A stretch of 64,000 bases of DNA from Acidimicrobiales bacterium (GTDB lineage Bacteria > Actinomycetota > Acidimicrobiia > Acidimicrobiales > Aldehydirespiratoraceae): positions 2,747,862 through 2,811,861 of the forward strand of contig OZ241331.1 in assembly GCA_965200005.1 (NCBI GenBank), written 5' to 3'. The position numbers and the translations under genes were made by a program. Within the stretch, counting starts at the first letter, position 1. Each line of letters begins with the position of its first letter. Shown here piece after piece: positions 48,102 through 56,890 of the stretch. A model generated the notes under the pieces. That model saw only the letters and a list, made by a program, of their open reading frames with translations, made no database searches and had not been told where the DNA came from.

Positions 48102-48179
48102 GCCAACACCGCCATGATCCATGACGTAAGGGAACGCCTAGTAGCCCTAGAGGTAAGGCGCGAACTAGAAACCGCCTAG
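47907..48179 (+). CDS. small membrane-anchored coiled-coil protein, paralogue B (90 aa)
   Basis: Same protein as paralogue A with an extra DLGK and two substitutions (T/A, L/M). The ORF-track start at 47874 lies in the recombination-scar fragment and is unlikely. Confidence 0.7.
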   Translation: MTNAQLWAIIGSTLGLVVSMSGLLTYLLHLQGRRIDDLGKDLGKQIDKLDTKVDRLDDKMSTKIDANTAMIHDVRERLVALEVRRELETA

Positions 48180-48202
48180 CGCCGTCGTTCAGTCATCTAT
48201 GA

Positions 48203-48367
48203 GCGACTCGGCACGAACTGGCGCATCTGCGTGTCGCCAATCACACGGCTCAGTTCTGGCGGATTGTCAGGAGTTTGATGCCCGACTACGAACGCCACAA
48301 AGCCGATCTCGCCAAGTCGGGCCCCTCAATCTGGCTAGGCGCGGTACGTGGTCCCCAGCGTCGCTAA
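48203..48367 (+). pseudogene. 3' remnant of a DUF45/YgjP-type (M48-like) zinc metallohydrolase gene
   Basis: The frame not shown in the ORF track reads ATRHELAHLRVANHTAQFWRIVRSLMPDYERHKADLAKSGPSIWLGAVRGPQRR*. HELAHL...NH...FW...MPDY is the characteristic C-terminal DUF45 signature. There is no upstream coding continuation; TGA sits at 48200-48202 and paralogue B ends at 48179. Confidence 0.7.
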
Positions 48368-48526
48368 CCGAAGCCGCCAAGTCTTTTGAGCGCCGCGCAC
48401 GGAGCGAGACTCAGACGTCATCAACGCACGGAACCGTGCCCGTGAACATGACAACGATGGCTTGCTTGGGCCCAGGCTTCGGTTTAGAAATGACGTCAAC
48501 TCTGAGTTTCGATTAGCGGAGCAATC

Positions 48527-48742
48527 TCAAGCGTCGCTGGATCTCTTGGCGATTCGTAGGATGACGCTGCCTATCAGCCAATAGGCAGCGACGAACCCTG
48601 GAATGCTCACGATTGCGTGACCCAGACCGCCATAGAGCAACGCCCAAAGCCATGCGAGAGCAAGTCCCCACCCCAAGAAGCGCATTGATCGGTGCGGATG
48701 GGGTGGTCGAGTCGAGCTACTAGCAACCGTGGCAGGCGGCAC
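48527..48742 (-). CDS. hypothetical small membrane protein (possibly 52 aa from ATG 48685)
   Basis: MRFLGWGLALAWLWALLYGGLGHAIVSIPGFVAAYWLIGSVILRIAKRSSDA forms two hydrophobic helices. No homology recognised. Confidence 0.3.
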   Translation of the reverse strand: MPPATVASSSTRPPHPHRSMRFLGWGLALAWLWALLYGGLGHAIVSIPGFVAAYWLIGSVILRIAKRSSDA

Positions 48743-48877
48743 TTTGCCAGATTAGGCGCCGATTCCTAGAGCACTCAATAGACGAAACATCTTGCTCGTC
48801 GAGACCTCAGCAACAGGACTACTCGCCGCTCACGCTTTAGCCATACCTAGTGCGCTCGCTGAGGATCGTTTGCCTGG

Positions 48878-49969
48878 TTAGGTGTGGTTGGTTAGGAGTT
48901 GTTTTAGGGCTTTGTGGACTTGCTTTAGGTCTTTGTGGGTTACGTGTTCTTCCGCGGTGTGAGCGACTAGGGGATCACCGGGACCGAAATTGGATGCTGG
49001 TACTCCACGTGCAGCAAAGAAGGCAGCGTCGGTCCAGCCGAGCTTGGCTCTCACAGGTGCGCCGCTGCGCTTGATCAACGTCTCAAGTAGTGGATCGCCT
49101 AGACCTGGAGCTGCTGCAGGGGCGGCATCAAGTAACTCGATGGTGTCACCGTCACCCAGGGCACTTTGGAGGTAACTGGTCACGTGTTTTTGGGCTTGTT
49201 CGGGGGTGCGATCCGGGGCGAAGCGGTGGTTCAAGGTGACGCTGGCAGCGTCAGGCACAACATTGCCCGCAACTCCGCCGCTGACGGACACGGCTTGAAG
49301 CGCCTCTCGATACTCGCAACCCTCCACGACGGGGCGGCGCCCCGCATAATCCGCAGCCAACCGGAGCACCTCTCCTAGGCGATGGATGGCGTTGCGACCC
49401 ATGAACGGGCGAGCCGTATGCGCTCGCTTACCAACCATGTTGACCCGCAAACGCATCGTCCCCTGACAACCGGCTTCCACCGCCGCCGCAGTTGGCTCGC
49501 CTAGCAATGCGACATCAGCTTCCAACAGATCTGGACGAACACCCGCAACCTCTAGCAGGCCATTGTCGGCTGCTGCTACCTCCTCACGCGCATAGAAGGC
49601 GTACGTCACATCCATCGCCGGTGACGCAACGCTCAAGGCGAGGTCCAGCATCACGGCTAGCCCGCCCTTCATGTCCGCTGAACCCAGACCCCACAAAACG
49701 TCACCGACTACCCGGGCCGTCTCATTCCCATTGGCCGGGACTGTGTCGGTGTGACCCGCCAAGATGAGCCTGCGTGGACGGCCTTGCAGGGTGCGCGCCA
49801 CGATGTTGTCGCCAATTCGCGTCACCTCGAGATGCGCAACATCGCGCAACTCCGACTCGATCAGACCCGACAGATGCGCCTCGTGGTAGCTAACGGATGC
49901 AACATCTACGAGTTTTGCAGTGAGATCCAGCAGATCGGTCGCCCCAAAAGCGCCACTATCCATCGTCAA
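48878..49969 (-). CDS. dapE: succinyl-diaminopimelate desuccinylase (M20 family)
   Basis: M20 motifs (ILAGHTDTVP, GLGSADMKGG). Adjacent to dapD and dapC. Confidence 0.85.
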   Translation of the reverse strand: MTMDSGAFGATDLLDLTAKLVDVASVSYHEAHLSGLIESELRDVAHLEVTRIGDNIVARTLQGRPRRLILAGHTDTVPANGNETARVVGDVLWGLGSADMKGGLAVMLDLALSVASPAMDVTYAFYAREEVAAADNGLLEVAGVRPDLLEADVALLGEPTAAAVEAGCQGTMRLRVNMVGKRAHTARPFMGRNAIHRLGEVLRLAADYAGRRPVVEGCEYREALQAVSVSGGVAGNVVPDAASVTLNHRFAPDRTPEQAQKHVTSYLQSALGDGDTIELLDAAPAAAPGLGDPLLETLIKRSGAPVRAKLGWTDAAFFAARGVPASNFGPGDPLVAHTAEEHVTHKDLKQVHKALKQLLTNHT

Positions 49970-50005
49970 ACCCGCTCGCCGAAGCCCGACAACCGGTGCC
50001 AGCTG

Positions 50006-50863
50006 TCAGGTCGCCGCACCATGATCTCGCAAAACCTGATTGAGAGCAGCCTTGTCGTGGCGCTCACCCTCATTGAGGCGTTTGAGGACTAGCACAGCAG
50101 GCAAACCAAACTCGCCGCCCGGGAACTGGCGGCGCCGGGTACCGGCCACGGCCACGCACCAGGACGGCACCTCTCCCCTGCCGAGTTCCTCTCCGGTGTT
50201 TACATCAATCACCGGGATCGACCCGGTCAGGATCGCTCCCGCGCCGAGCACACTGCCCTGACCCACACGCGCGCCCTCGGCAACGATGCAGCGGCTTCCG
50301 ATCAGGCAGTCGTCCTCGACAATCACCGGAGCAGCCTGCGGCGGTTCCAGCACACCACCGATGCCAACCCCACCTGAGAGATGCACATTGGCACCGATCT
50401 GAGCACACGAGCCGACCGTCGCCCAGGTGTCCACCATCGAGTTGGCGCCAACATAGGCACCGATGTTCGTGTAGCTAGGCATCATGATCACACCAGGCGC
50501 CTGATAGCTGCCCCAGCGAGACGAGGCGCCCGGCACAACCCTCACACCGCGTGCCGCGTAGTCGGTCTTGAGCGGGATCTTGTCGGCGAACTCGAACGGG
50601 CCTAGCTCCATAGTGGACATCTTGGCGGTCACGAACAACAACAAGATCGCCTGCTTGCACCACTCGTTGACCTGAACCGTGCCATCGTCTCGAATCTCGG
50701 CAACCCGTGCCTGGCCCACATCCAGCAGGTCGATGGCCTCAGCGATAGTGGCTACAACCTCCGGGTCGTCGGCATCGAGGCTGCCCCGGTTGTCCCACAG
50801 GTCTTTGATTCGTGATTCGAGCGTCGCCATGGGCCGCGAGGCTATAGCCGCTCCCGTCTGCAA
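50006..50863 (-). CDS. dapD: 2,3,4,5-tetrahydropyridine-2,6-dicarboxylate N-succinyltransferase
   Basis: Actinobacterial DapD layout with a left-handed beta-helix hexapeptide region (GAYVGANSMVD...GANVHLSGGVGIGG). Confidence 0.85.
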   Translation of the reverse strand: MQTGAAIASRPMATLESRIKDLWDNRGSLDADDPEVVATIAEAIDLLDVGQARVAEIRDDGTVQVNEWCKQAILLLFVTAKMSTMELGPFEFADKIPLKTDYAARGVRVVPGASSRWGSYQAPGVIMMPSYTNIGAYVGANSMVDTWATVGSCAQIGANVHLSGGVGIGGVLEPPQAAPVIVEDDCLIGSRCIVAEGARVGQGSVLGAGAILTGSIPVIDVNTGEELGRGEVPSWCVAVAGTRRRQFPGGEFGLPAVLVLKRLNEGERHDKAALNQVLRDHGAAT

Positions 50864-50882
50864 CTCTTATAGGGCCAGAGTC

Positions 50883-52019
50883 CTAGGACTGCAGGCGCTC
50901 CAATGCCACGAGCAATCGCTGCTCGGGTTGCACCGCGGCGATACGCACATAGCGGCGAGGGTCAATCTCTGAGTGCTCCAATGGCTGCTCGCAATAGAAC
51001 TCGCCAGGGCTAGCAATCAGTCCGGCCCCGCGCGCCAGCACCTCGGCAAAGTCCCAGCCATCACCTGCAGGCGAACGAACCCACAGATAGAACGCGCCCC
51101 TCGGCAAGCTCACGTTGCGGGCTCCGGCCGCTGCCGCGATTTCGGCGAGCACTTCCAGACGGATGCGATACAAGTCCCGCTGAGCCTGCACATGGGCTTG
51201 ATCCGACCATGCCTCGACTGCGGCTGCTTGAACAGGGCCAGGAGCCATACAACCGGCATGCTTGCGAGTCTCACGCAAGTAATGCACCACATCGGCGTCG
51301 CCTGCGTAGAAGCCGGCACGCACTCCTGCAAGATTCGAACGCTTCGACAGCGAATGCAGTGCCAACACACCATCTGTGCCACTAGCCAGGATTGTTCTCG
51401 GTTCACCGTCCCAGGTGAACTCCACATAGCACTCATCGCTCGCTACAAGGACACCGTGCTCCCTGCCCCAGCGTGCCGCTGCATCAAGGTCATCAAGCCC
51501 ACCAGCAGGATTGCCGGGTGTGTTGACCCACAGGCAAAGGGCCCGCTCGGCGTCATGCTGGGAGATCGACTCGAGGTCAACACAGAAGTTCTCATCCACC
51601 GCAACAGCCACCGCTCGACAACCCGCCAGAGTCGCGCCCATGGCGTAACTCGGGTATGAGACAGCGGGATAAAGCACCGTGTCGAGATGCGGGTTTCGTA
51701 GATGCAAGTACCTCGGAAGTGACGCTACGAACTCCTTGGTACCGATGCAGGCTGCAACTTCGGTGTCGGGATCTACCGACACACCCATGCGCGTCCCAAG
51801 CCACTGCGCTGCAGCCCCGCGAAAAGCTGGTGTTCCGATGGAAGGCGGGTACCGGCGCTCGGTACCCGAAGAGGCCAGCGCCTCCACGACACGAGCCGGC
51901 GGCGGATCAAAGGGAGTACCGATCGAACAGTCAATTGCCCCTCCGGGCAGTTGCGCGGCAGCTTCACGCAAGTAATCAAGGCGCTCGTAGGGATACTTCG
52001 GTGGCACGAAGCCGGTCAT
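50883..52019 (-). CDS. dapC: succinyldiaminopimelate transaminase (class I aminotransferase)
   Basis: PLP aminotransferase fold (NTPGNPAG, SLSKRSNLAGVRAGF with the PLP lysine). Context with dapD and dapE. Confidence 0.75.
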   Translation of the reverse strand: MTGFVPPKYPYERLDYLREAAAQLPGGAIDCSIGTPFDPPPARVVEALASSGTERRYPPSIGTPAFRGAAAQWLGTRMGVSVDPDTEVAACIGTKEFVASLPRYLHLRNPHLDTVLYPAVSYPSYAMGATLAGCRAVAVAVDENFCVDLESISQHDAERALCLWVNTPGNPAGGLDDLDAAARWGREHGVLVASDECYVEFTWDGEPRTILASGTDGVLALHSLSKRSNLAGVRAGFYAGDADVVHYLRETRKHAGCMAPGPVQAAAVEAWSDQAHVQAQRDLYRIRLEVLAEIAAAAGARNVSLPRGAFYLWVRSPAGDGWDFAEVLARGAGLIASPGEFYCEQPLEHSEIDPRRYVRIAAVQPEQRLLVALERLQS

Positions 52020-52035
52020 CAGCGAGATTGACCTC

Positions 52036-53397
52036 TCACGACATTGTCACGACATAGTCACGCAAGCCACGCTCTGAACTTGCCTCCAGGCGGGCGGTGA
52101 TGCGTATACCAGCCTCACTCGCATCGGATTCCAGCACCTGGCCCTCCCGATGCACGCTGGCTAGCACATCGCCACGATCCCAAGGCACCAGGATCTCCAC
52201 AACCCGACTCGCTGCCCTCAACCGATCGCCGATAGCTCCAAGCAGCTGCTCCACTCCCTCACCGGTGAGAGCCGAGATGGCAAGTGACCCCTCGCATTGT
52301 TGTGCCAGCCGTGCAGCCTCGGGGCCCATGTCGCACTTGTTGAACACCACAAGCTCGCCAATTTCGGCGGCACCGATCTCGGAGAGCACCTCTCGCACCG
52401 CCGCCTGAGCCCCGGCGGGATCTGGCGCTGCAGCATCAACCACATGCAGCAACAGATCCGCGTCCCGCACAACATCGAGAGTCGTCTTGAAGGCCTCTAC
52501 AAGTTGATGAGGCAGTTTGCGTACAAAACCAACCGTGTCTGTGAGAAACACCGCCTCGCCGCCCGGTAAAGCAAGTCGCCGGGTTGTGGCATCAAGGGTG
52601 GCGAACAGGCGATCTTCCACCTTCACCTCAGCTGGAGTAAGGCGGTTCAGCAGCGAGGACTTACCGGCGTTTGTGTAACCAACAATGGCAACGGAGCGGT
52701 TGCGGGAGCGCTTGCGCGCCTTGGACTGCGTGCGGCGGTGCCTGCCGACACGGCGCAGATCGGACTCCAACTTGTCGATGCGCCTCTGGATCTTACGCCG
52801 TGTGACTTCGAGCTTGGTCTCACCAGGGCCACGGGTAGCGATGCCACCACCCTGCTGGGAGAGTTGCCAACCCTTCCCGCGGAGGCGCGGAAGTTGGTAC
52901 TTCAACCTCGCTAGTGCGACTTGAGCCTTTCCTTCAGGCGTACTCGCGTTCTGAGCAAAGATGTCAAGAATTACAGCCGTGCGATCCAGCGCTGTGCGGC
53001 CCAGGATCTTCTCCAGGTTGAACTGCTGCGCCGGAGACAGTTCATCGTCAAACACAACCGTGTCACAGTCGACTTGCTCAGCAAGGTCACGGATCTCGTC
53101 GGCCTTGCCGCTGCCCACAAATGTTGCGGGGTCGGGTGCTGTGCGTCGCTGGCAGATTCGCTCGACAACATCAGCACCTGCTGTGTCAACGAGAAGGGTC
53201 AACTCGTCGAGCGAGGCTTGGACCGCCGAAGTGGTGCGATCTGGGAGCACAACACCAACCAAGATGATGCGCTCACGAAACGTCCGATCAATGAAGCCAG
53301 CCGCTTCACCGGCGAACTCTCCAAACCCGCCACGATGGCTTGCGTCTTGTGACGCCAGACCAGCCGGATTGCCTTCTGCTTGATCAAACACCGTCAA
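52036..53397 (-). CDS. hflX: GTPase HflX
   Basis: HflX N-domain plus G-domain (GYTNAGKSSLLNRL, DTVGF, NKCD). Confidence 0.93.
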   Translation of the reverse strand: MTVFDQAEGNPAGLASQDASHRGGFGEFAGEAAGFIDRTFRERIILVGVVLPDRTTSAVQASLDELTLLVDTAGADVVERICQRRTAPDPATFVGSGKADEIRDLAEQVDCDTVVFDDELSPAQQFNLEKILGRTALDRTAVILDIFAQNASTPEGKAQVALARLKYQLPRLRGKGWQLSQQGGGIATRGPGETKLEVTRRKIQRRIDKLESDLRRVGRHRRTQSKARKRSRNRSVAIVGYTNAGKSSLLNRLTPAEVKVEDRLFATLDATTRRLALPGGEAVFLTDTVGFVRKLPHQLVEAFKTTLDVVRDADLLLHVVDAAAPDPAGAQAAVREVLSEIGAAEIGELVVFNKCDMGPEAARLAQQCEGSLAISALTGEGVEQLLGAIGDRLRAASRVVEILVPWDRGDVLASVHREGQVLESDASEAGIRITARLEASSERGLRDYVVTMS

Positions 53398-54220
53398 TGG
53401 TCACCAGTGCCACGTATGTCGACTCTCCTGTCAGGGTTACGGGATCTCGCAGGTCAACGCGAGCAGTGCCTCCGGGCATCTTCACCTCAACATCCTGCCC
53501 CACGACACCCCAGTCGTAGAACGCGGCAGCTGCCGCCACTGCACCACTGCCACAAGCTTCGGTTACGCCAGCTCCACGCTCCCAGATGGTAAGACTCACT
53601 TGATCGGGCGCGCTGAGTGCTCCGAAGTGAACGTTTATGCCATCAGCAAACATGGCCTCGATCGCAGGGCCAGCCTGCTCAAGCGGCACAACTGAAGGGT
53701 CAGCGACCTCGAGTACAGCGTGTGGATTGCCGACACTCAACGTCTTGCAACGCTTAACACCAGCACCGACAATCGAATCGACCTCGAGGCCGAAATCCAG
53801 TTCGCTATCCATCGGAAGAGGTCCACCGACAGGGGCACCGATCGCAACCATGCCAGTGGCTGTTGTGGACATCGCCGAGGCCTCAATGGTGCATCGCTTT
53901 GACCCTGCCACTGTTTGGATCACTACGTCGAGTTCATCAGTTCTCTGTACTCGCGCTATGGCATGGGCTAGGCATCGCAAACCATTGCCCGAGACTTCCG
54001 CGGCCGAACCATCCGAGTTCCACAATTGCATGCCAATCGGCTTTGCGGAGCTGCCAACCCGCCAAGGCTGAGTTGCAAATATCAAGCCATCGGCGCCAAT
54101 CCCTCGTCGCCGGTTGCAGAGTTCAACGGCACGGCGGCTTGCAGAGCAATGATCGGGCAGCGTGTCACAGAACGTCACGAGGAAGTCGTTGCCTAGCCCG
54201 TGGAGCTTGTGTAGCTGCAT
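53384..54220 (-). CDS. dapF: diaminopimelate epimerase
   Basis: MQLHKLHGLGNDFLV canonical start (ATG 54220; the ORF-track extension to 54283 overlaps miaA). Catalytic Cys contexts SGNGLRC and EACGSG. Confidence 0.92.
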   Translation of the reverse strand: MQLHKLHGLGNDFLVTFCDTLPDHCSASRRAVELCNRRRGIGADGLIFATQPWRVGSSAKPIGMQLWNSDGSAAEVSGNGLRCLAHAIARVQRTDELDVVIQTVAGSKRCTIEASAMSTTATGMVAIGAPVGGPLPMDSELDFGLEVDSIVGAGVKRCKTLSVGNPHAVLEVADPSVVPLEQAGPAIEAMFADGINVHFGALSAPDQVSLTIWERGAGVTEACGSGAVAAAAAFYDWGVVGQDVEVKMPGGTARVDLRDPVTLTGESTYVALVTIDGV

Positions 54221-54257
54221 GACTAACCGATCTCCGGCCGACAGTTCGTGCCCAGGC

Positions 54258-55295
54258 CTAACCGGTGACGCCCGGTGGCTCAAGTGGCGGGCAGGCTAGC
54301 GATGCCGCCTCGTCCCAGACTCGCATTGCGTCTGCTACATCGACTCCGACATCTAGCCAGTGGATGCGAGGATCCCGACCGAACCAGCGCAGCTGGCGGC
54401 GTGCGAAACGCCGGGTACGCACGATTGCCAACTCCAACGCCTCGGCTAGTGACATCTCACCATGCACGTGCGCCAGCAACTCTTTGTACCCGAGAGCCTG
54501 AGCAGCAGTTCGGGAGATAGCTGCGCTAGCAAGTGTTCTGACCTCGTCAAGGAAGCCGTCCTTGAGTTGGCGCTGGTAGCGGGTTGCGATGCGCTCATCA
54601 AGACGCTCCCGCTCGTCACGCAACCCGATCTGCACAAACGGTGTTGGCGGGTAGTGGCTGAGGCCTGGGCCGTAGGAAGAGAAGGGTTTGCCACTTCCAA
54701 TTGTCACCTCCAGCGCCCGGATCACCCGGCGCCGGTTGGACGGTTCCATCCGTGATGCCGCTAGCGGATCAAGTTCGGCGAGCCGCTCATACAACCGAGA
54801 CGTGTCACTCTCAGTCTCAAGTTCTGCGGCGACCGCGCCGTAACGACCAGGAATCTGCAGCCTGTCAACGACGGCACGCACATACAGTCCAGTTCCGCCT
54901 GCCAACACGGGGACGTGTCCACGAAGGCGGATCTCTTCGATGGCTTCGAAAGCACGCCTCTGCAGTTGCGCCAATGTGAACTCATCAGTGGGATCCACGA
55001 TGTCGATGAGGTGATGTGGAACCTCTCGCTGCTCTGCGATCGTTGGCTTCGCTGTGCCAATGTCCATACCCCGATACACCTGCATCGAGTCAAGCGACAC
55101 GATCTCGACATCGCCGATTCGTCGTGCGACACCTAGAGCGAGATCCGTCTTTCCCGAAGCGGTGGCACCGACGATCACGAGCGGACACTGGGCCCGAAGT
55201 ACCTGCAACGAACACAGGCCCCGTTGCCCACGTCGAGCAGAGTGACTCTGCGCGCTGTTGCTAATTGTGGTGGCGGCTGTCGGTGCTGACACCAC
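54258..55295 (-). CDS. miaA: tRNA dimethylallyltransferase
   Basis: P-loop IVGATASGKT and MiaA core (DSMQVYRGMDIGTAKP). The exact start is uncertain. Confidence 0.92.
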   Translation of the reverse strand: MVSAPTAATTISNSAQSHSARRGQRGLCSLQVLRAQCPLVIVGATASGKTDLALGVARRIGDVEIVSLDSMQVYRGMDIGTAKPTIAEQREVPHHLIDIVDPTDEFTLAQLQRRAFEAIEEIRLRGHVPVLAGGTGLYVRAVVDRLQIPGRYGAVAAELETESDTSRLYERLAELDPLAASRMEPSNRRRVIRALEVTIGSGKPFSSYGPGLSHYPPTPFVQIGLRDERERLDERIATRYQRQLKDGFLDEVRTLASAAISRTAAQALGYKELLAHVHGEMSLAEALELAIVRTRRFARRQLRWFGRDPRIHWLDVGVDVADAMRVWDEAASLACPPLEPPGVTG

Positions 55296-55304
55296 CCGAA
55301 GCGC

Positions 55305-56837
55305 CTAGAACGCGGCTACAGGAATGCGGCGACGCCGCTGAGCTGAACCCGAACCCAACGCATGTGTGACAAGCCGGGAAGCACCAGCGGGTGGCTCCAC
55401 GCTCAATAGTTCGCCTCGCAGGAAGTTGGCTGCAGCGTCGCTGACCCGCACCTTTGCGTAGGTCCCAGGATCTAGACGCAACCCGGTAGCGCTGAAGTGG
55501 ATCAAGGTGTTACGGCGAGTTCGACCCGAGACAACAGTCGAATCCTTCTTGCTAGGCCCCTCCACTACGACTTCTTCTGTCCTGCCGATTCGCGCTTGGT
55601 TAGCGAGCCGGCTAGAGCGTTCAATCACCCGCCGGAGCCGTTCATAGCGTTCGACACAAACGTCATGGGGTATGAAACGGTCAGTCATAGCGGCGGCTTC
55701 GGTGCCGGGGCGGGGCGAGAAGATAAACGTAAAGGCGCTGTCATAGCGCGCTTCGGCAGCAACCTCCAGAGTCGCCTGGAAGTCCTGCTCGGTCTCGCCT
55801 GGGAAGCCCACGATGATGTCAGTTGAGACAGCAAGATCATCGACCGCGGCTCTCGCAGCCCGCAACCGTTGCAGATAACGCTCAGCCGTATAGCCCCGAT
55901 GCATGGCGCGCAGCACAGCATCGCTACCCGACTGCAACGGCAGATGCAGGTGTTCACAGACCGAAGGAACCTGAGCCATCGCCTCGATCGTCTCGGGCCG
56001 CAAGTCTTTAGGGTGCGGGCTAGTGAAGCGGATCCGGCGGATCCCATCAATCTCACCAATTGCACGCAACAAGTCGCCAAACAGTGGACGGATCCGCCGA
56101 TCGGTCTGCCAGCGCGAGCCGCACCACCAGCCGTCATCGTCGCCCCCGACAACCCTCGAACCGTTCTCACGATCGCGACGCCGCCGTGCTAGCGCAAGGT
56201 CGCGGCCATAGCTGTTGACGTTCTGGCCGAGCAGAGTTACCTCGCTGACCCCCGAGGCACTCAGCTGGCGAACCTCATCGACGAGTTCACCGAAGGGACG
56301 GCTGATCTCGGGCCCCCTGACGGCAGGCACGATGCAAAATGCGCAACTGTTGTCACAGCCAATCTGGATCGTCACCCATGCCGAATGCTGTGACTCACGG
56401 CGAACATTGAGTGCCGTAGGGAAAGCCTCAGCGTCGCTACGAACCGTCTCGCTGAGAATCTCAGTGATCGGGCCGCTGACACGAGCATGCTCTACAAGCT
56501 GAGCAACCCGATGCACATTGTGGGTACCGAACACCACGTCAACATGACCTGCCCGCTCACGAACAAGCTCACGATCCTTTTGGGCTAGGCACCCTGCCAC
56601 CGCGATAAGTGCATCCGGGCGCTTGCGTTTGACCGCCTTGAGGTTCCCGAGAGCCCCGTAAAGCTTGTTGTCAGCGTTCTCGCGAATGCAGCACGTGTTG
56701 AGCACCATCACGTCAGCGTCTTCGAGCACTTCGGAGCGCTCGTACCCGTCGCCCTCAAGCAGGGCAGCGATGCGCTCGGAGTCGTGCTCGTTCATCTGGC
56801 ATCCGAAGGTGCGGATGGCGTAACTGCGGGGCACCAC
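55305..56837 (-). CDS. miaB: tRNA (N6-isopentenyl adenosine(37)-C2)-methylthiotransferase
   Basis: UPF0004 N-domain (IRTFGCQMNEHDSE), radical SAM CDNSCAFC, TRAM C-domain. GTG start. Confidence 0.95.
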   Translation of the reverse strand: MVPRSYAIRTFGCQMNEHDSERIAALLEGDGYERSEVLEDADVMVLNTCCIRENADNKLYGALGNLKAVKRKRPDALIAVAGCLAQKDRELVRERAGHVDVVFGTHNVHRVAQLVEHARVSGPITEILSETVRSDAEAFPTALNVRRESQHSAWVTIQIGCDNSCAFCIVPAVRGPEISRPFGELVDEVRQLSASGVSEVTLLGQNVNSYGRDLALARRRRDRENGSRVVGGDDDGWWCGSRWQTDRRIRPLFGDLLRAIGEIDGIRRIRFTSPHPKDLRPETIEAMAQVPSVCEHLHLPLQSGSDAVLRAMHRGYTAERYLQRLRAARAAVDDLAVSTDIIVGFPGETEQDFQATLEVAAEARYDSAFTFIFSPRPGTEAAAMTDRFIPHDVCVERYERLRRVIERSSRLANQARIGRTEEVVVEGPSKKDSTVVSGRTRRNTLIHFSATGLRLDPGTYAKVRVSDAAANFLRGELLSVEPPAGASRLVTHALGSGSAQRRRRIPVAAF

Positions 56838-56875
56838 CTAAGGCTAAAGGACCCGCACCCTGCGTTAGGTGGTGC
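56831..56875 (-). promoter_or_regulatory. 11-bp-stem hairpin between recA and miaB whose 3' arm contains the miaB GTG start
   Basis: Plus strand gcaccacctaa (56831-56841) pairs with ttaggtggtgc (56865-56875), with a 23-nt loop. The miaB start codon is at 56835-56837. Confidence 0.4.
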
Positions 56876-56890
56876 TGGGGTCAGCGAACC

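Noticed and set aside
48199-48516. 105-aa plus-strand ORF listed in the track
   Set aside because: It is the wrong frame over the DUF45 remnant. Its composition is Arg/Ser/Thr-rich and not protein-like, while the neighbouring frame carries the HELAH...NH..FW..PDY signature.
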